56,983 bases of DNA, from NCBI GenBank assembly GCA_045806925.1, contig JBJMII010000137.1:1-56983 (forward strand). Reading direction: 5' to 3'. Shown here piece by piece: positions 38,160 to 48,603 of this stretch. The translations under genes were made by a program, and so were the position numbers. This DNA is from Mycobacteriales bacterium. Its GTDB lineage: Bacteria; Actinomycetota; Actinomycetes; Mycobacteriales; CADCTP01. Below the pieces are notes generated by a model. The model had not been told where the DNA came from and made no database searches. It worked only from the letters and a program-made list of their open reading frames with translations. How positions within the stretch are numbered: the first letter of the stretch is position 1; the number at the start of each line of letters is the position of its first letter.

Positions 38160-38304
38160 GCCCGGCTCCTCTCGTCGCGGTCGGCGCCCGATCGGCGGAC
38201 GCCGCCGTCGACACTGCTACGCCCGGGGCCGGTCGGCAAGCGCGGATCGCCCCGGCGGAACTCCGGTGCGGAATCGGCACCCGGTTGGCATCGTTGGACC
38301 TCTG

Positions 38305-41300
38305 ATGTCTCCCAGCCCGGCCGAGCTGCGCTCTCGGCTGCCCGAGCTGACGCTGCGCGACGAGCACCGGCTGCGGCGTCGGCTGGACGCTGCCCGGGAC
38401 GCGGACCGGCTGGCCGCCGTGGCGGCGGAGGTCGACAGGGCGACGACCCGGGTCGCCCGCCGGCGTGCCGCGGTGCCCGCCGTCTCCTACCCGCCGGACC
38501 TGCCGATCAGCGCCCGCCGGGACGACATCCTGGCCACCATCCGGGACCACCAGGTGGTGATCGTCGCCGGCGAGACCGGCTCCGGGAAGACCACCCAGCT
38601 GCCGAAGGTCTGTCTCGAGCTCGGCCGCGGCGTCCGCGGCGCGATCGGGCACACCCAGCCGCGCCGGATCGCCGCCCGCACCGTCGCCGAGCGGATCGCC
38701 GAGGAGCTCGGCGTCGAGCTGGGCAGCGCGGTCGGCTACCAGGTCCGCTTCACCGACCGCGCCGGCGACGACACCGCGGTCAAGGTGATGACCGACGGCA
38801 TCCTGCTCGCCGAGATCCAGCACGACCGGATGCTCCGCCGGTACGACACGCTGATCATCGACGAGGCGCACGAGCGCAGCCTCAACATCGACTTCCTGCT
38901 CGGCTACCTCAAGCAGCTGCTGCCCCGGCGGCCGGACCTCAAGCTCGTCATCACCTCGGCCACCATCGACCCGGAGCGCTTCTCCGAGCATTTCGCCGGC
39001 CCGGACGGAACGGCCGCGCCGATCGTGGAGGTGTCCGGCCGGACGTACCCGGTGGAGGTCCGCTACCGGCCGCCGGCCGATGACCCCTCGGCGGAATGGG
39101 ACCAGGTGCAGGCGATCTCTGCCGCGGTGGACGAGCTGGCCGCCGAGAGCCCGGGCGACGTGCTGGTCTTCCTGTCCGGCGAGCGGGAGATCCGGGACAC
39201 CGCGGACGCGCTGCGCCGGTCGCTGCCGGAGACCACCGAGGTGCTGCCGCTGTACGCGCGGCTGTCCGCGGCCGAGCAGCACCGGGTCTTCGCCCCGCAC
39301 GCCGGCCGCCGGATCGTGCTGGCCACCAACGTGGCGGAGACCTCGCTGACGGTGCCGGGCATCAGGTACGTCGTCGACCCCGGCACCGCCCGGATCTCCC
39401 GCTACAGCGCCCGGACCAAAGTGCAGCGGCTGCCGATCGAGCCGGTCTCGCAGGCGTCCGCGGACCAGCGGAAGGGCCGCTGTGGACGGACGTCCGACGG
39501 CGTCTGCATCCGGCTCTACTCGGAGCAGGACTTCGCGGCCCGGCCGCGGTTCACCGAGCCGGAGGTGCAGCGCACCAACCTCGCCTCGGTCATCCTGCAG
39601 ATGACCGCGCTGGACCTCGGTGACGTCGCGGCCTTCCCGTTCATGGACGCCCCGGACCGCCGGTCCATTGCGGACGGTGTCGCGCTGCTGCACGAGCTGG
39701 GCGCGCTGGACCAGGGGCAGCCGGACCCGAGGAAGCGGCTGACCGAGGTGGGGCGGCGGCTCGCCCAGCTGCCGGTGGACCCGCGGCTCGGCCGGATGGT
39801 GCTGGCGGCGGACCGGAACGGCTGCGTGCACGAGGTGCTGGTGATCGCCGCCGCACTGTCCATCCAGGACCCGCGGGAGCGGCCGGTCGAGCAGCAGCAG
39901 GCGGCGGACGCCGCGCACCGGCGCTTCGCCGACCCGACCTCGGACTTCCTGACCTACCTCAGGCTCTGGGAGCACCTGGCGGACCGGCAGGACGAGCTGT
40001 CCTCCAGCGCCTTCCGCCGGCTGTGCAAGGCGGAGTTCCTGCACTACCTGCGGGTGCGCGAATGGCAGGACCTCTACGCGCAGCTGCGTCAGGTGGCCCG
40101 GCAGCAGCTGGGCATCGCGCTGAACGCCGCCCCCGCGGACCCGCGGACGGTGCACCGCTCGCTGCTGGCCGGCCTGCTCTCGCACCTCGGGATGCGGGAG
40201 GACAGCGGCCCGCGCGGGCGCGAGTACGCCGGCGCGCGGGGTGCGCGCTTCGCCGTCTGGCCGGGCTCCGCGGTGGCGAAGCAGCCGCCGCGCTGGGTGG
40301 TCGCCGCCGAGCTGGTGGAGACGTCCCGGCTGTGGGCACGCACGGTCGCCAAGATCGAGCCGGAGTGGGCGGAGGAGCTGGCCGGCCACCTCGCGGTGCG
40401 CATCTACAGCGAGCCGCACTGGTCCAAGCGCCGGGCGGGGGTCGTCGCGACCGAGCGGGTCACCCTGTACGGGCTGCCGATCGTGGTCGGCCGCAAGATC
40501 GACTACGCCCGGGTCGACCCCGAGCTGGCCCGCGAGCTGTTCATCCGGCACGCGCTGGTGGAGGGGGAGTGGGAGACCCGGCACCGGTTCTTCGCGGACA
40601 ACCGTGCGCTGCTGTCCGATGTGGAGGAGCTGGAGCACCGGGTCCGGCGGCGTGACATCGTGGTCGACGACCAGGCGCTCTACGACTTCTACGACGCCCG
40701 CATCCCGGCCGAGGTGGTGTCCGGGCGGCACTTCGACGCGTGGTGGAAGCAGGCCCGGCGGGCCACCCCGGAGCTGCTCGCCTTCACCCGGGACCTGCTG
40801 GTGTCCGCCGACGTGGACACCGCCGAGCACCCCGTGGAGTGGCGGCAGGGCCCGCTGACGCTGCCGGTGGCGTACCGGTTCGAGCCCGGTGCGCCGGACG
40901 ACGGGGTGACCGTCGAGGTGCCGCTGGCCGCGCTCAACCGGGTCCGCCCGGACGGGTTCGACTGGCAGGTGCCGGCGCTGCGCGAGGAGCTGGTGATGGC
41001 GCTGATCCGGTCGCTGCCGAAGCCGCTGCGGCGCAACTTCGTGCCCGCGCCCGACGTCGCCCGGGCCGTGCTGGCCCGGCTGCAGCCGGGACTGGTCGAC
41101 GGCGTCGAGCCCCTGGTCCAGGCGCTGGCCCGGGAGCTGCGCCGGCTGTCCGGAGTGGACGTGCCGGTGGCCGCGTTCGACCCGTCCCGGGTGCCGGCGC
41201 ACCTGCGGACCACGTTCCGGGTGGTGGACGGCGAGCGCACGGTCGCGCAGGGCAAGGACGTCGAGGAGCTGCAGCGCCGGCTGGGCCGGACCGTGCGGGA

Positions 41301-42192
41301 CGTGCTCGCCGACGCCGCGAGGTCGCTGGAGCGCGAGGGGCTGCGCGAGTGGACGGTGGGCACCATCCCGCGGACCTTCGCCGCCGGCGGCGTGCTGGGC
41401 TATCCCGCGCTGGTCGACTGCGGGCAGACCGTCGCGCTGCGGGTGCTGCCGACCGAGGCGGACCAGCGGGCGGCGATGGACGCCGGGGTGCGCCGGCTGC
41501 TACTGCTCGGCGCGCCGTCGCCGGTCAGGTACGTCTCCGCCCGTTTGGACGGGCGGGCCAAGCTCGCCCTCACCCAGAACCCGCACGGCAGCCTGGCCGC
41601 GCTGCTCGCGGACTGCTCGGCCGCGGCGGTGGACGAGATCGTCGCCGAGGCCGGCGGCCCGCCGTGGGACGCCGAGGGCTTCGCGAAGCTGGCCGACCGG
41701 GTGCGCACCGAGCTCGGCGAGCGGGTGCTCGAGCTGCTGCGCGCCGCCCAGCAGGTGCTGGCGGTGTGGGCGCCGCTGTGGACGCGGCTCACCGAACCGC
41801 CGGCGCCGGTGCCGCCGCCGCTGCGGCCCGCGGTCGAGGATGTCCGCGCCCAGGTGGCCGCCCTGGTCGGGCCGGGCTTCGTGGCTGCGGCCGGCCGCCG
41901 CCGGCTCGCCGACCTGCGCCGGTGGCTGGCCGCGGCGCAGTACCGGCTGGACCGGCTGCCCGGCGACACCGCCCGGGACGCCGCCCGCACCGCCCGGATC
42001 GGCGCGGTCGAAGCCGAGCTGCGGTCCTTCCTGGACGGGCTGCCGCCGGCCCGCCGGGACACCGACGCGGTCCGCCAGCTGCGCTGGATGGTGCAGGAGC
42101 TGCGGGTCAGCGTGTTCGCCCAGCCGCTGGGCACCCCGTACCCGGTGTCCGAGCAGCGCATCTACCGCGCCATGGACGCGCTGGCCGGCTAG
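38305..42192 (+). CDS. hrpA: ATP-dependent RNA helicase HrpA
   Basis: GETGSGKTTQLPK, TQPRRIAA, DEAHERS, SAT, ATNVAETSLT, QRKGRCGR, C-terminal ELRVSVFAQ. Confidence 0.95.
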   Translation: MSPSPAELRSRLPELTLRDEHRLRRRLDAARDADRLAAVAAEVDRATTRVARRRAAVPAVSYPPDLPISARRDDILATIRDHQVVIVAGETGSGKTTQLPKVCLELGRGVRGAIGHTQPRRIAARTVAERIAEELGVELGSAVGYQVRFTDRAGDDTAVKVMTDGILLAEIQHDRMLRRYDTLIIDEAHERSLNIDFLLGYLKQLLPRRPDLKLVITSATIDPERFSEHFAGPDGTAAPIVEVSGRTYPVEVRYRPPADDPSAEWDQVQAISAAVDELAAESPGDVLVFLSGEREIRDTADALRRSLPETTEVLPLYARLSAAEQHRVFAPHAGRRIVLATNVAETSLTVPGIRYVVDPGTARISRYSARTKVQRLPIEPVSQASADQRKGRCGRTSDGVCIRLYSEQDFAARPRFTEPEVQRTNLASVILQMTALDLGDVAAFPFMDAPDRRSIADGVALLHELGALDQGQPDPRKRLTEVGRRLAQLPVDPRLGRMVLAADRNGCVHEVLVIAAALSIQDPRERPVEQQQAADAAHRRFADPTSDFLTYLRLWEHLADRQDELSSSAFRRLCKAEFLHYLRVREWQDLYAQLRQVARQQLGIALNAAPADPRTVHRSLLAGLLSHLGMREDSGPRGREYAGARGARFAVWPGSAVAKQPPRWVVAAELVETSRLWARTVAKIEPEWAEELAGHLAVRIYSEPHWSKRRAGVVATERVTLYGLPIVVGRKIDYARVDPELARELFIRHALVEGEWETRHRFFADNRALLSDVEELEHRVRRRDIVVDDQALYDFYDARIPAEVVSGRHFDAWWKQARRATPELLAFTRDLLVSADVDTAEHPVEWRQGPLTLPVAYRFEPGAPDDGVTVEVPLAALNRVRPDGFDWQVPALREELVMALIRSLPKPLRRNFVPAPDVARAVLARLQPGLVDGVEPLVQALARELRRLSGVDVPVAAFDPSRVPAHLRTTFRVVDGERTVAQGKDVEELQRRLGRTVRDVLADAARSLEREGLREWTVGTIPRTFAAGGVLGYPALVDCGQTVALRVLPTEADQRAAMDAGVRRLLLLGAPSPVRYVSARLDGRAKLALTQNPHGSLAALLADCSAAAVDEIVAEAGGPPWDAEGFAKLADRVRTELGERVLELLRAAQQVLAVWAPLWTRLTEPPAPVPPPLRPAVEDVRAQVAALVGPGFVAAAGRRRLADLRRWLAAAQYRLDRLPGDTARDAARTARIGAVEAELRSFLDGLPPARRDTDAVRQLRWMVQELRVSVFAQPLGTPYPVSEQRIYRAMDALAG

Positions 42193-42214
42193 CGCGTCGA
42201 TAGCCTTGCGGCCG

Positions 42215-42640
42215 ATGGACGAGACCGCGACCGAGCTGAACTCCGGCGCGATCCACCTGCTGCGGGCGGTGCGCCGGGTGGACCGGGAGACCGGGCTGCC
42301 GCCGGCTCAGCTGTCCGCGCTGTCCGTGCTGGTCTTCGGCGGCCCGCTGACGCTCGGCGCGCTGGCCGGGACGGAGGACGTCGCCGGGCCCACCATGACC
42401 CGGATCGTGGACGGCCTGGTCGCCCGCGGGCTGGCCGAGCGGCAGCGCGGCGACGACCGGCGGGCGGTCCGGCTGGTGGCGACGCCGGCCGGGCACGAGC
42501 TGATGGCCGGTGGCCGGCGGCGGCGGGTCGAGGTGCTCACCGAGGCGCTGGCGGCGCTGCCGGCCGCGGACCGGCGCCGGCTGCAGGCGGCCGCGCCGCT
42601 GCTGGACCGGCTGGCCGCCGAGGTCCGGGCCCGGACCTAG
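42215..42640 (+). CDS. MarR family regulator
   Basis: QLSALSVL, PTMTRIVDGL, DDRR winged helix. Confidence 0.88.
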   Translation: MDETATELNSGAIHLLRAVRRVDRETGLPPAQLSALSVLVFGGPLTLGALAGTEDVAGPTMTRIVDGLVARGLAERQRGDDRRAVRLVATPAGHELMAGGRRRRVEVLTEALAALPAADRRRLQAAAPLLDRLAAEVRART

Positions 42641-43035
42641 CTGGCGACGGGGGCGTGCCGGCTGGCGCAGCCCACCAGGTTGCCCTCGCTGTCCCGGAAG
42701 AAGCCCATCCACTCCTCGGCACCGGGCGGGCCGAACACGCCGTCGTCGTCGGTGTGGATGAGATGTGCCTCGTGCTCCACCGGCACGCCGCGCTCGCGCA
42801 GCGAGTCGAGGAAGGTCCGCGCGTCGTCCACCCGGAGGTAGAGCAGCGCCGGCGGGGCGCCCCGGTCCAGCAGCAACCGCACCCCGTCGAGGTCGAAGAA
42901 CAGCAGCCCGGGCGGGTCGAACCGGGCCACCGGCGCGGCGCCCAGCACGTCGGTGTAGAACGCCGCGGCCCGGTCCAGGTCCTCGGCGTGCTGGGCGACC
43001 TGCAGCAGCTGCACGGCGGCCTCCACCGGTAGCAT
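42637..43035 (-). CDS. VOC family protein
   Basis: DLDRAAAFYTDVLG, FFRDSEGNLV; start uncertain. Confidence 0.88.
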   Translation of the reverse strand: MLPVEAAVQLLQVAQHAEDLDRAAAFYTDVLGAAPVARFDPPGLLFFDLDGVRLLLDRGAPPALLYLRVDDARTFLDSLRERGVPVEHEAHLIHTDDDGVFGPPGAEEWMGFFRDSEGNLVGCASRHAPVAS

Positions 43036-43150
43036 CCCTACGAATCCCGGGGAGCGTACGGCCGCCGCCCCCGGTCGGCAACACCTTGCATGCGGGACGG
43101 CACCCGGTGGTAGTAACGATCACATCACCGTCGACGACAGGAGGCCCGGC

Positions 43151-43357
43151 ATGGCCGGCAGCGTGGCCCGCGTCACCGAGATCAGCGCGACGTCCGACAG
43201 CAGCTTCGAGGATGCGATCAGGATCGGCGTCGAGCGGGCGACCCAGACCCTGCGCGGGGTGAAGTCCGCCTGGGTGAAGGAGCAGGAGGTGCAGGTGGCC
43301 GACAACCGCATCACCGGCTACAAGGTGAACATGCTCATCACCTTCGTGCTGGAGTAG
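43151..43357 (+). CDS. Dodecin family protein
   Basis: EISATSDSSFEDAI, TLRGVKSAWVKEQ, YKVNMLITF; AGGAGG RBS. Confidence 0.9.
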   Translation: MAGSVARVTEISATSDSSFEDAIRIGVERATQTLRGVKSAWVKEQEVQVADNRITGYKVNMLITFVLE

Positions 43358-44396
43358 TCCGCTGTCGGGCCGGGCGGCCCCCCGGCCGCCCGGCCGTGCT
43401 CTCCCGGACGACGAGGTCGTAGCGGGCCTGCACCTCGCGCGGCGGCGCGTCCGGCCCGTCCGCGACCCGGGACAGCAGGAGGGACACCGCCAGTCGGGCG
43501 ATCTGCCGCTTGTCCGGCCGGATCGTGGTCAGGGTCGGCGTGCTGAAGCGACCGTCCTCGATGTCGTCGAAGCCGACCAGCGCGACGTCGTCGGGCAGCT
43601 GCCGGCCCGCGGCCAGCAGCGTGCGCAGCGCGCCTAGCGCGAGCAGGTCGGCGAAGCAGAGCACCGCGTCCGGCGGCTCGGCCAGCTCGAGCAGCCGGAC
43701 CATCGACGCCGCCCCGTCCGAGCGGTGGTAGTCGTCCGCCGGCAGCACCAGCGCCTCGTCGAAGGGCAGCTCCGCCTCCGTCAGCGCCTGCCGGTAGCCG
43801 GCCAGCCGCAGGTGTGCGGTCCGCCCGGCGGGGATGTGCCGCTGGTCGCCGATCGCGGCGATGCGGCGCCGGCCGAGCGCGACCAGGTGCGCGGTGGCGT
43901 CCCGGGCAGCGGCCACGTTGTCGATCGCGACGTGGTCGGCCGGCCCGTCGAAGACCCGCTCGCCGAGCAGCACCAGCGGGGTGTCGTCCTGCCGTCGGGC
44001 CAGCTGGTCGGCGTCCATCGCCAGCGGGCTGAAGATCAGCCCGTCCAGCAGGTGGCTGCGGATGCCTTCGCTGACCAGCAGCTCGCGCTCGACCAGGCCG
44101 TCGGTCTGGTCGACCAGCACCGTCCAGGACTGATCCGCGGCCGCGTCGATGACCAGCGCGGCCAGCTCGGAGAAGTACGGGATGCCGAGCTCCGGCACGG
44201 CCAGCCCGATCAGCCCGGACCGGCCCTTGCGCAGGCTGCGGGCGGCCGCGTTGGGCCGGTAGTGCAGCTCCTCGATGGCCAGCCGCACCCGCTCCCGGGT
44301 GCCTTCGGTGACGTGGACGTAGTCGTTCACCACGTTGGAGACCGTCTTGACCGAGACGCCGGCCAGCTTCGCCACGTCCCGCAAGCTGGCACCCAC
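43338..44396 (-). CDS. LacI family regulator of the GH43 locus
   Basis: SLRDVAKLAGVSVKTVSNVVN, YRPNAAARSL, VGFDD, PTLTTI, VVREST. Confidence 0.92.
   Translation of the reverse strand: MGASLRDVAKLAGVSVKTVSNVVNDYVHVTEGTRERVRLAIEELHYRPNAAARSLRKGRSGLIGLAVPELGIPYFSELAALVIDAAADQSWTVLVDQTDGLVERELLVSEGIRSHLLDGLIFSPLAMDADQLARRQDDTPLVLLGERVFDGPADHVAIDNVAAARDATAHLVALGRRRIAAIGDQRHIPAGRTAHLRLAGYRQALTEAELPFDEALVLPADDYHRSDGAASMVRLLELAEPPDAVLCFADLLALGALRTLLAAGRQLPDDVALVGFDDIEDGRFSTPTLTTIRPDKRQIARLAVSLLLSRVADGPDAPPREVQARYDLVVRESTAGRPGGRPARQRTTPARR
43368..43395. terminator. 12-bp hairpin after dodecin
   Basis: GGCCGGGCGGCC-CCCC-GGCCGCCCGGCC. Confidence 0.6.
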
Positions 44397-44401
44397 GGGC
44401 C

Positions 44402-45214
44402 TCAGCTTCCCATCTTCAGGCCCTCGATGTCGTGCCGTTGAGGCAGTGGCACCAGCTCGTCCACCAGCAGCGTGCAGCGCAGGTGCGCGCGCACCGCGGC
44501 CGGCAGCGAGGCCGCGTACGCGCGGGTCAGCATCAGGTCGTGCGCGCCCGAGGTGTCCACGTGCGCCGCGACGGCGCCGAGGACGAGCACCGGCCGGGCG
44601 GTCCCGGACCGGTTCGCGGTCCCGCGGTGCACGGCCAGCCCGGTGCGGACGGACGCGTCGCCGAGCGCCGGCAGCCGCCGGGTGGCGCGCGCCGCGTAGC
44701 CGGCCGCCCGGTCCGGCGGCGGGAACATGCCGTGCTCGAAGTCGGCGCCGTCCTCCCACTGGCTGCCCGGCACGATCTCCAGCGGCCCCATCTCCGGGGT
44801 GACCGTCACGGTGCTGACGTTGACGGCGAGCGAGGTCAGCACACCGCGGTCGCGGGTGTCCGCCGGCATCGGGAAGTCACGGTGCCAGGGCTGGTCGACC
44901 GCGCCCGGCAGCGGCACGTCGAAGCCGAGCTCGACGACCGTCCACCCCGGCCCGAGCATCCGTGCGCAGAGCGCGGTGACCACCGGATGGCCGGCCAGGT
45001 CCACGAACCCGCGCACCCGCTCCGGCGGCACCGCGAGGTAGTGGCGGTGCGGCCCGCGACTGAGCGTTCCCTGCGGACGGGCCAGCGCCTCGGCGAAGAC
45101 CGCCGCGAAGTCCTCGCCCAGCCGCGCCGCCCAGGCCGGCGCGAAGGCGCCGGGCAGCCCGGCGATGCCGTCCAGCTGGACCGCCCGCTGCAGCTGGGCG
45201 ACGGTGGCGGTCAC
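44402..45214 (-). CDS. Phytanoyl-CoA dioxygenase (PhyH)-family 2OG-Fe(II) oxygenase
   Basis: QPWHRDF (HxD), GPLEIVPGSQ, VHRGTANRS...RPV (distal His and 2OG Arg); GTG overlaps the GH43 stop. Confidence 0.85.
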   Translation of the reverse strand: MTATVAQLQRAVQLDGIAGLPGAFAPAWAARLGEDFAAVFAEALARPQGTLSRGPHRHYLAVPPERVRGFVDLAGHPVVTALCARMLGPGWTVVELGFDVPLPGAVDQPWHRDFPMPADTRDRGVLTSLAVNVSTVTVTPEMGPLEIVPGSQWEDGADFEHGMFPPPDRAAGYAARATRRLPALGDASVRTGLAVHRGTANRSGTARPVLVLGAVAAHVDTSGAHDLMLTRAYAASLPAAVRAHLRCTLLVDELVPLPQRHDIEGLKMGS

Positions 45215-46200
45215 GCCGGGCCGCCGACCGGGACGTACGGCAGGTCCCGGTGGTTCCACCGCAGCGGCACGATGCCGAACTGGCGCGGTCCGTCCGCGGT
45301 GGTCCGGAAGTGGAAGCAGAGCAGTTGCCCGCCGCCGGTGCCGAGCACGCTGCAGTGGCCGGGGCCGTACAGCCCACGCGCCGGCGCGAGCAGGCACTGC
45401 TGCGGAGTGCGACTCAGGTCGACCCAGCCGTACCGCTCCTTCCGCAGCACGCCGATGCCGTAGAAGCCGGCGTAGTTGCCGCCGCTGTAGAGCATCGTGC
45501 GGCGGCCGGCCGGGGAGACCAGCGCGGTCGGCCCCTCCATCGTGTACCAGCGGACGGTCCGGCCGCCGGCCCAGGACACGCCGGGGATCGCCTTCCAGGG
45601 CAGCGACCGCTGCGCGTCGTAGAGCTGCCAGTCCCACTGCGGCCGGGCCACCGGCCGGACCGGCCCGGTCAGCCGGCGCAGGTCCGCGCTGACCGGCGCC
45701 TCCATCAGCCCGGTGCCGTACGGCTCGTCCGCGACGTAGTCGGCGGCGAAGGTGAGCAGCGGCCCGTCCGGGCCGGCGTGCACGTCCGGGTCGATGGCGA
45801 AGTCCAGCCCGGCCGTGAGCACCTCGCCGGAGTCGACGTACGGGCCCTCCGGCCGCTCGCTGTCCGCGCGCCGGATCCGGTGGCCCCGGTGCCCGTCGAC
45901 GTCGCCGGCGCCGCGGGCCCGAGAGTAGAGCATCACCCACGGCCGGGCCAGGCCGGGCAGGTGCCGCACGCACGGCGCCCAGCACCAGGCCTCGCCCGGC
46001 GCGGCCAGGCTGTCGCCGACCCGGCTCCACCGCACCAGGTTTCGGGAGCCGTAGACCGGGAACCCCGGCCCCGACACGTAAACGAAATAGCGGAAGCCCC
46101 CAGCCGCCGGGGCCGGCGCCTCGACCAGGTAGGGGTCGCCCTGGTCCACGTCCGGCTCCGGGCAGAGCGGCACTCCGAACCTCTCGACCAGAGCCTGCAC
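45211..46200 (-). CDS. Glycoside hydrolase family 43, no signal peptide
   Basis: GDPY, WAP, AIDP, MEGP, YSG, GPGH beta-propeller motifs; GGGAGG RBS before GTG 46200. Confidence 0.85.
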   Translation of the reverse strand: MQALVERFGVPLCPEPDVDQGDPYLVEAPAPAAGGFRYFVYVSGPGFPVYGSRNLVRWSRVGDSLAAPGEAWCWAPCVRHLPGLARPWVMLYSRARGAGDVDGHRGHRIRRADSERPEGPYVDSGEVLTAGLDFAIDPDVHAGPDGPLLTFAADYVADEPYGTGLMEAPVSADLRRLTGPVRPVARPQWDWQLYDAQRSLPWKAIPGVSWAGGRTVRWYTMEGPTALVSPAGRRTMLYSGGNYAGFYGIGVLRKERYGWVDLSRTPQQCLLAPARGLYGPGHCSVLGTGGGQLLCFHFRTTADGPRQFGIVPLRWNHRDLPYVPVGGPA

Positions 46201-46218
46201 GGTCCCTCCCGATGTCTT

Positions 46219-46230
46219 TACAACGTTGTA
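46219..46230. promoter_or_regulatory. LacI-type operator palindrome
   Basis: TACAACGTTGTA, perfect palindrome with central CG, in the 88-bp divergent intergenic region. Confidence 0.78.
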
Positions 46231-46288
46231 CAGCACGTCCTAAAGTCCGGAAAAGCCTGCCTGACACGGACGTTCCAGGAGGTCGACG

Positions 46289-48571
46289 ATGACCCTGCGG
46301 CCGACGCGCCATCCAGCCCTCGCCGCAGTCTCAGCGCTCGCCGTGGTCGCCGGCCTGCTCGGCCCGCTCACCACGCCGGCCGCCGCGGACCAGCCGGCGA
46401 CCTACCGCAACCCGGTCAGCCGCACCTTCGCCGACACGTTCGCCGACCCCTCGGTGGTGCGCGGGCGGGACGGCTGGTGGTACGCGTACGGCACCAGCGA
46501 CCCGCTGCGCTCCGGCGAGCGCACGCCGCACCTGGTCCCCACCGCGCGTTCGCACGACCTGGTCGACTGGGAGTACGTCGGGGACGCCTTCGGCCCGGGC
46601 AACCGGCCGACCTGGGCGACCGCGGACGCCGCCTTCTGGGCGCCGGACGTGCGCTACGTGGCCGGCCGCTGGGTCATGTACTTCGTGGCCACCCAGACCA
46701 CGGTCTTCCCGGGCCCGAACGACAACGCGATCGGGGTGGCCACCGCGCCGACCCCGACCGGGCCGTGGACCGACTCGGGCGCGCCGGTGGTCGGCCCGCG
46801 GCCCGGGAACAGCGGCAACCCGGACGACTTCAAGTGGACCTTCGACCCGGCTCACCTGGTCGCGGCGGACGGCCGGCAGTACCTCTACTACGGCTCGTAC
46901 TACGGAGGCGTCTTCGCCGTCGAGCTGACCGCCGACGGGACCCGGACGGTCGGCCAGCCGACCATGGTGGCGATCGACAACCGGTACGAGGGTGCGTACG
47001 TGGTGCCCCGGGACGGCTGGTACTACCTCTTCGCGTCGTCCAGCAACTGCTGCGCCGGCCCGGTGACCGGCTACAGCGTCTTCGTCGGCCGGTCCCGCAG
47101 CCCGCTCGGCCCGTTCGTGGACAAGCAGGGCATCTCGATGCTCGCGTCCCGCACCGGCGGCAGCATCGTGATCACGCCGAACGGCAACCGCTGGGTCGGC
47201 ACCGGCCACAACGCGGTGGTCAGCGACCCGTCCGGCCAGGACTGGTTCGTCTACCACGCGATCGACCGGAACCAGCCGTACCTGGACGAGCCGTTCGGGA
47301 TCAACCGGCGGCCGATGCTGATCGACCGGCTGGACTGGATCGGCGGCTGGCCGACCGTGCGCGGCGGCGCCTGGGCCTCCGACGGCGCGCAGCCGGCGCC
47401 GGCCACCGCGCAGCTCGCAGACGCCTTCGAGAGCGGCTTCTCCCGGCTGTGGAGCAAGGACACCGCCGGCTGGAGCATCGCCAACGGGCCGGACGGCAAG
47501 TTCGCCCGGCGGGCGACCGCCGACTGCCGGCCCGGCTACCTGTCCAGCCGGGCGGCGCTCGGGCTCGGCGGTGCGGCCCGCGTCCGCGCGGCCGTGCGGG
47601 TCGACGCCGCCGGCACCGCCGGACTGGTGTTCGGCCGCCGTGGGTCCGGCTGGGCGACCGAGGTCGCCGTGCGGGCCGACGTGCTCGCGGTGCGGTCCGC
47701 CGGGCGGACCTGGACCGCGGCGCTGCCCGGCGCGCTCAGCGGGCGCGACTGGCACGAGCTGGCCGCCGAGGTGCGCGACGGGGTGCTGAGGGTCGAGTAC
47801 GGCCCGTCCGGGCTGCCGGGCCACGAGGTCGTGACCCTGCGCGCCCCGGTCGGCCCCGGCGCCACCTCCGGGCACTTCGGCGTCCTGGCCGGCTGCGGCG
47901 ACATCGACGACGTGACGGTGGCCGCGCTCTACCGCCCGCACACCGCCACCGCGCCGGTGCCGCAGGTCGGCCCGGTCGACCCCGGCTACTCCGACGAGTT
48001 CAGCGGACCGCTGGGCCCGCAGTGGACCTGGGTCCGGGAGCCGGCCGCCACCGTCTCGGGTGGACAGCTGGTCTGGCCGACACAGGCCGGTGACCTCACC
48101 GGGCCCTCGAACAACGCCTCGGTGCTGTTGCGCGACGCCCCGGCCGGCGACTACACGGTCGAGACCAAGCTGACCATCGACCTCGGCGTCGACACCGTGC
48201 GCAACTTCCAGCAGGCCGGGCTGATCGTCTACCGCGGCGACGACGACTTCCTCCGCTTCAGCCACGTGGCGATCTGGAACACCCGGACCACCGAGTTCGG
48301 CAAGGAGCAGGTCTACGCCGGGCAGCCGGTGTACGGCTCGATGCTGGTCGCGCCGCCGGCGGACACCACCTGGCTGCGGCTGAGCCACCGGGTGGCCGCG
48401 GGCACCGGGGAGCACACCTACCGGGCCGGCGTCAGCACCGACGGCGTGCACTGGATCTGGGGCGGCGTGTGGACGATGCCCGCCGGCGCCAGCCCGCGCA
48501 TCGGCCTGGTCTCGCACGGAGGTGCGGGCGCCACCGCTCAGTTCGCCTACTTCCGCGTCCACCGACCCTGA
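46289..48571 (+). CDS. Secreted multidomain GH43 glycosidase (arabinanase/furanosidase-like) with C-terminal beta-sandwich domains
   Basis: Signal peptide, FADP, WAPD, FDP, YEG, GTGHN, YHA; SDEF...QAGL ConA-like tail. Confidence 0.88.
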   Translation: MTLRPTRHPALAAVSALAVVAGLLGPLTTPAAADQPATYRNPVSRTFADTFADPSVVRGRDGWWYAYGTSDPLRSGERTPHLVPTARSHDLVDWEYVGDAFGPGNRPTWATADAAFWAPDVRYVAGRWVMYFVATQTTVFPGPNDNAIGVATAPTPTGPWTDSGAPVVGPRPGNSGNPDDFKWTFDPAHLVAADGRQYLYYGSYYGGVFAVELTADGTRTVGQPTMVAIDNRYEGAYVVPRDGWYYLFASSSNCCAGPVTGYSVFVGRSRSPLGPFVDKQGISMLASRTGGSIVITPNGNRWVGTGHNAVVSDPSGQDWFVYHAIDRNQPYLDEPFGINRRPMLIDRLDWIGGWPTVRGGAWASDGAQPAPATAQLADAFESGFSRLWSKDTAGWSIANGPDGKFARRATADCRPGYLSSRAALGLGGAARVRAAVRVDAAGTAGLVFGRRGSGWATEVAVRADVLAVRSAGRTWTAALPGALSGRDWHELAAEVRDGVLRVEYGPSGLPGHEVVTLRAPVGPGATSGHFGVLAGCGDIDDVTVAALYRPHTATAPVPQVGPVDPGYSDEFSGPLGPQWTWVREPAATVSGGQLVWPTQAGDLTGPSNNASVLLRDAPAGDYTVETKLTIDLGVDTVRNFQQAGLIVYRGDDDFLRFSHVAIWNTRTTEFGKEQVYAGQPVYGSMLVAPPADTTWLRLSHRVAAGTGEHTYRAGVSTDGVHWIWGGVWTMPAGASPRIGLVSHGGAGATAQFAYFRVHRP

Positions 48572-48603
48572 CCCCGCTGTCGCCCCGGTAAGAAGGAGAC
48601 GAG

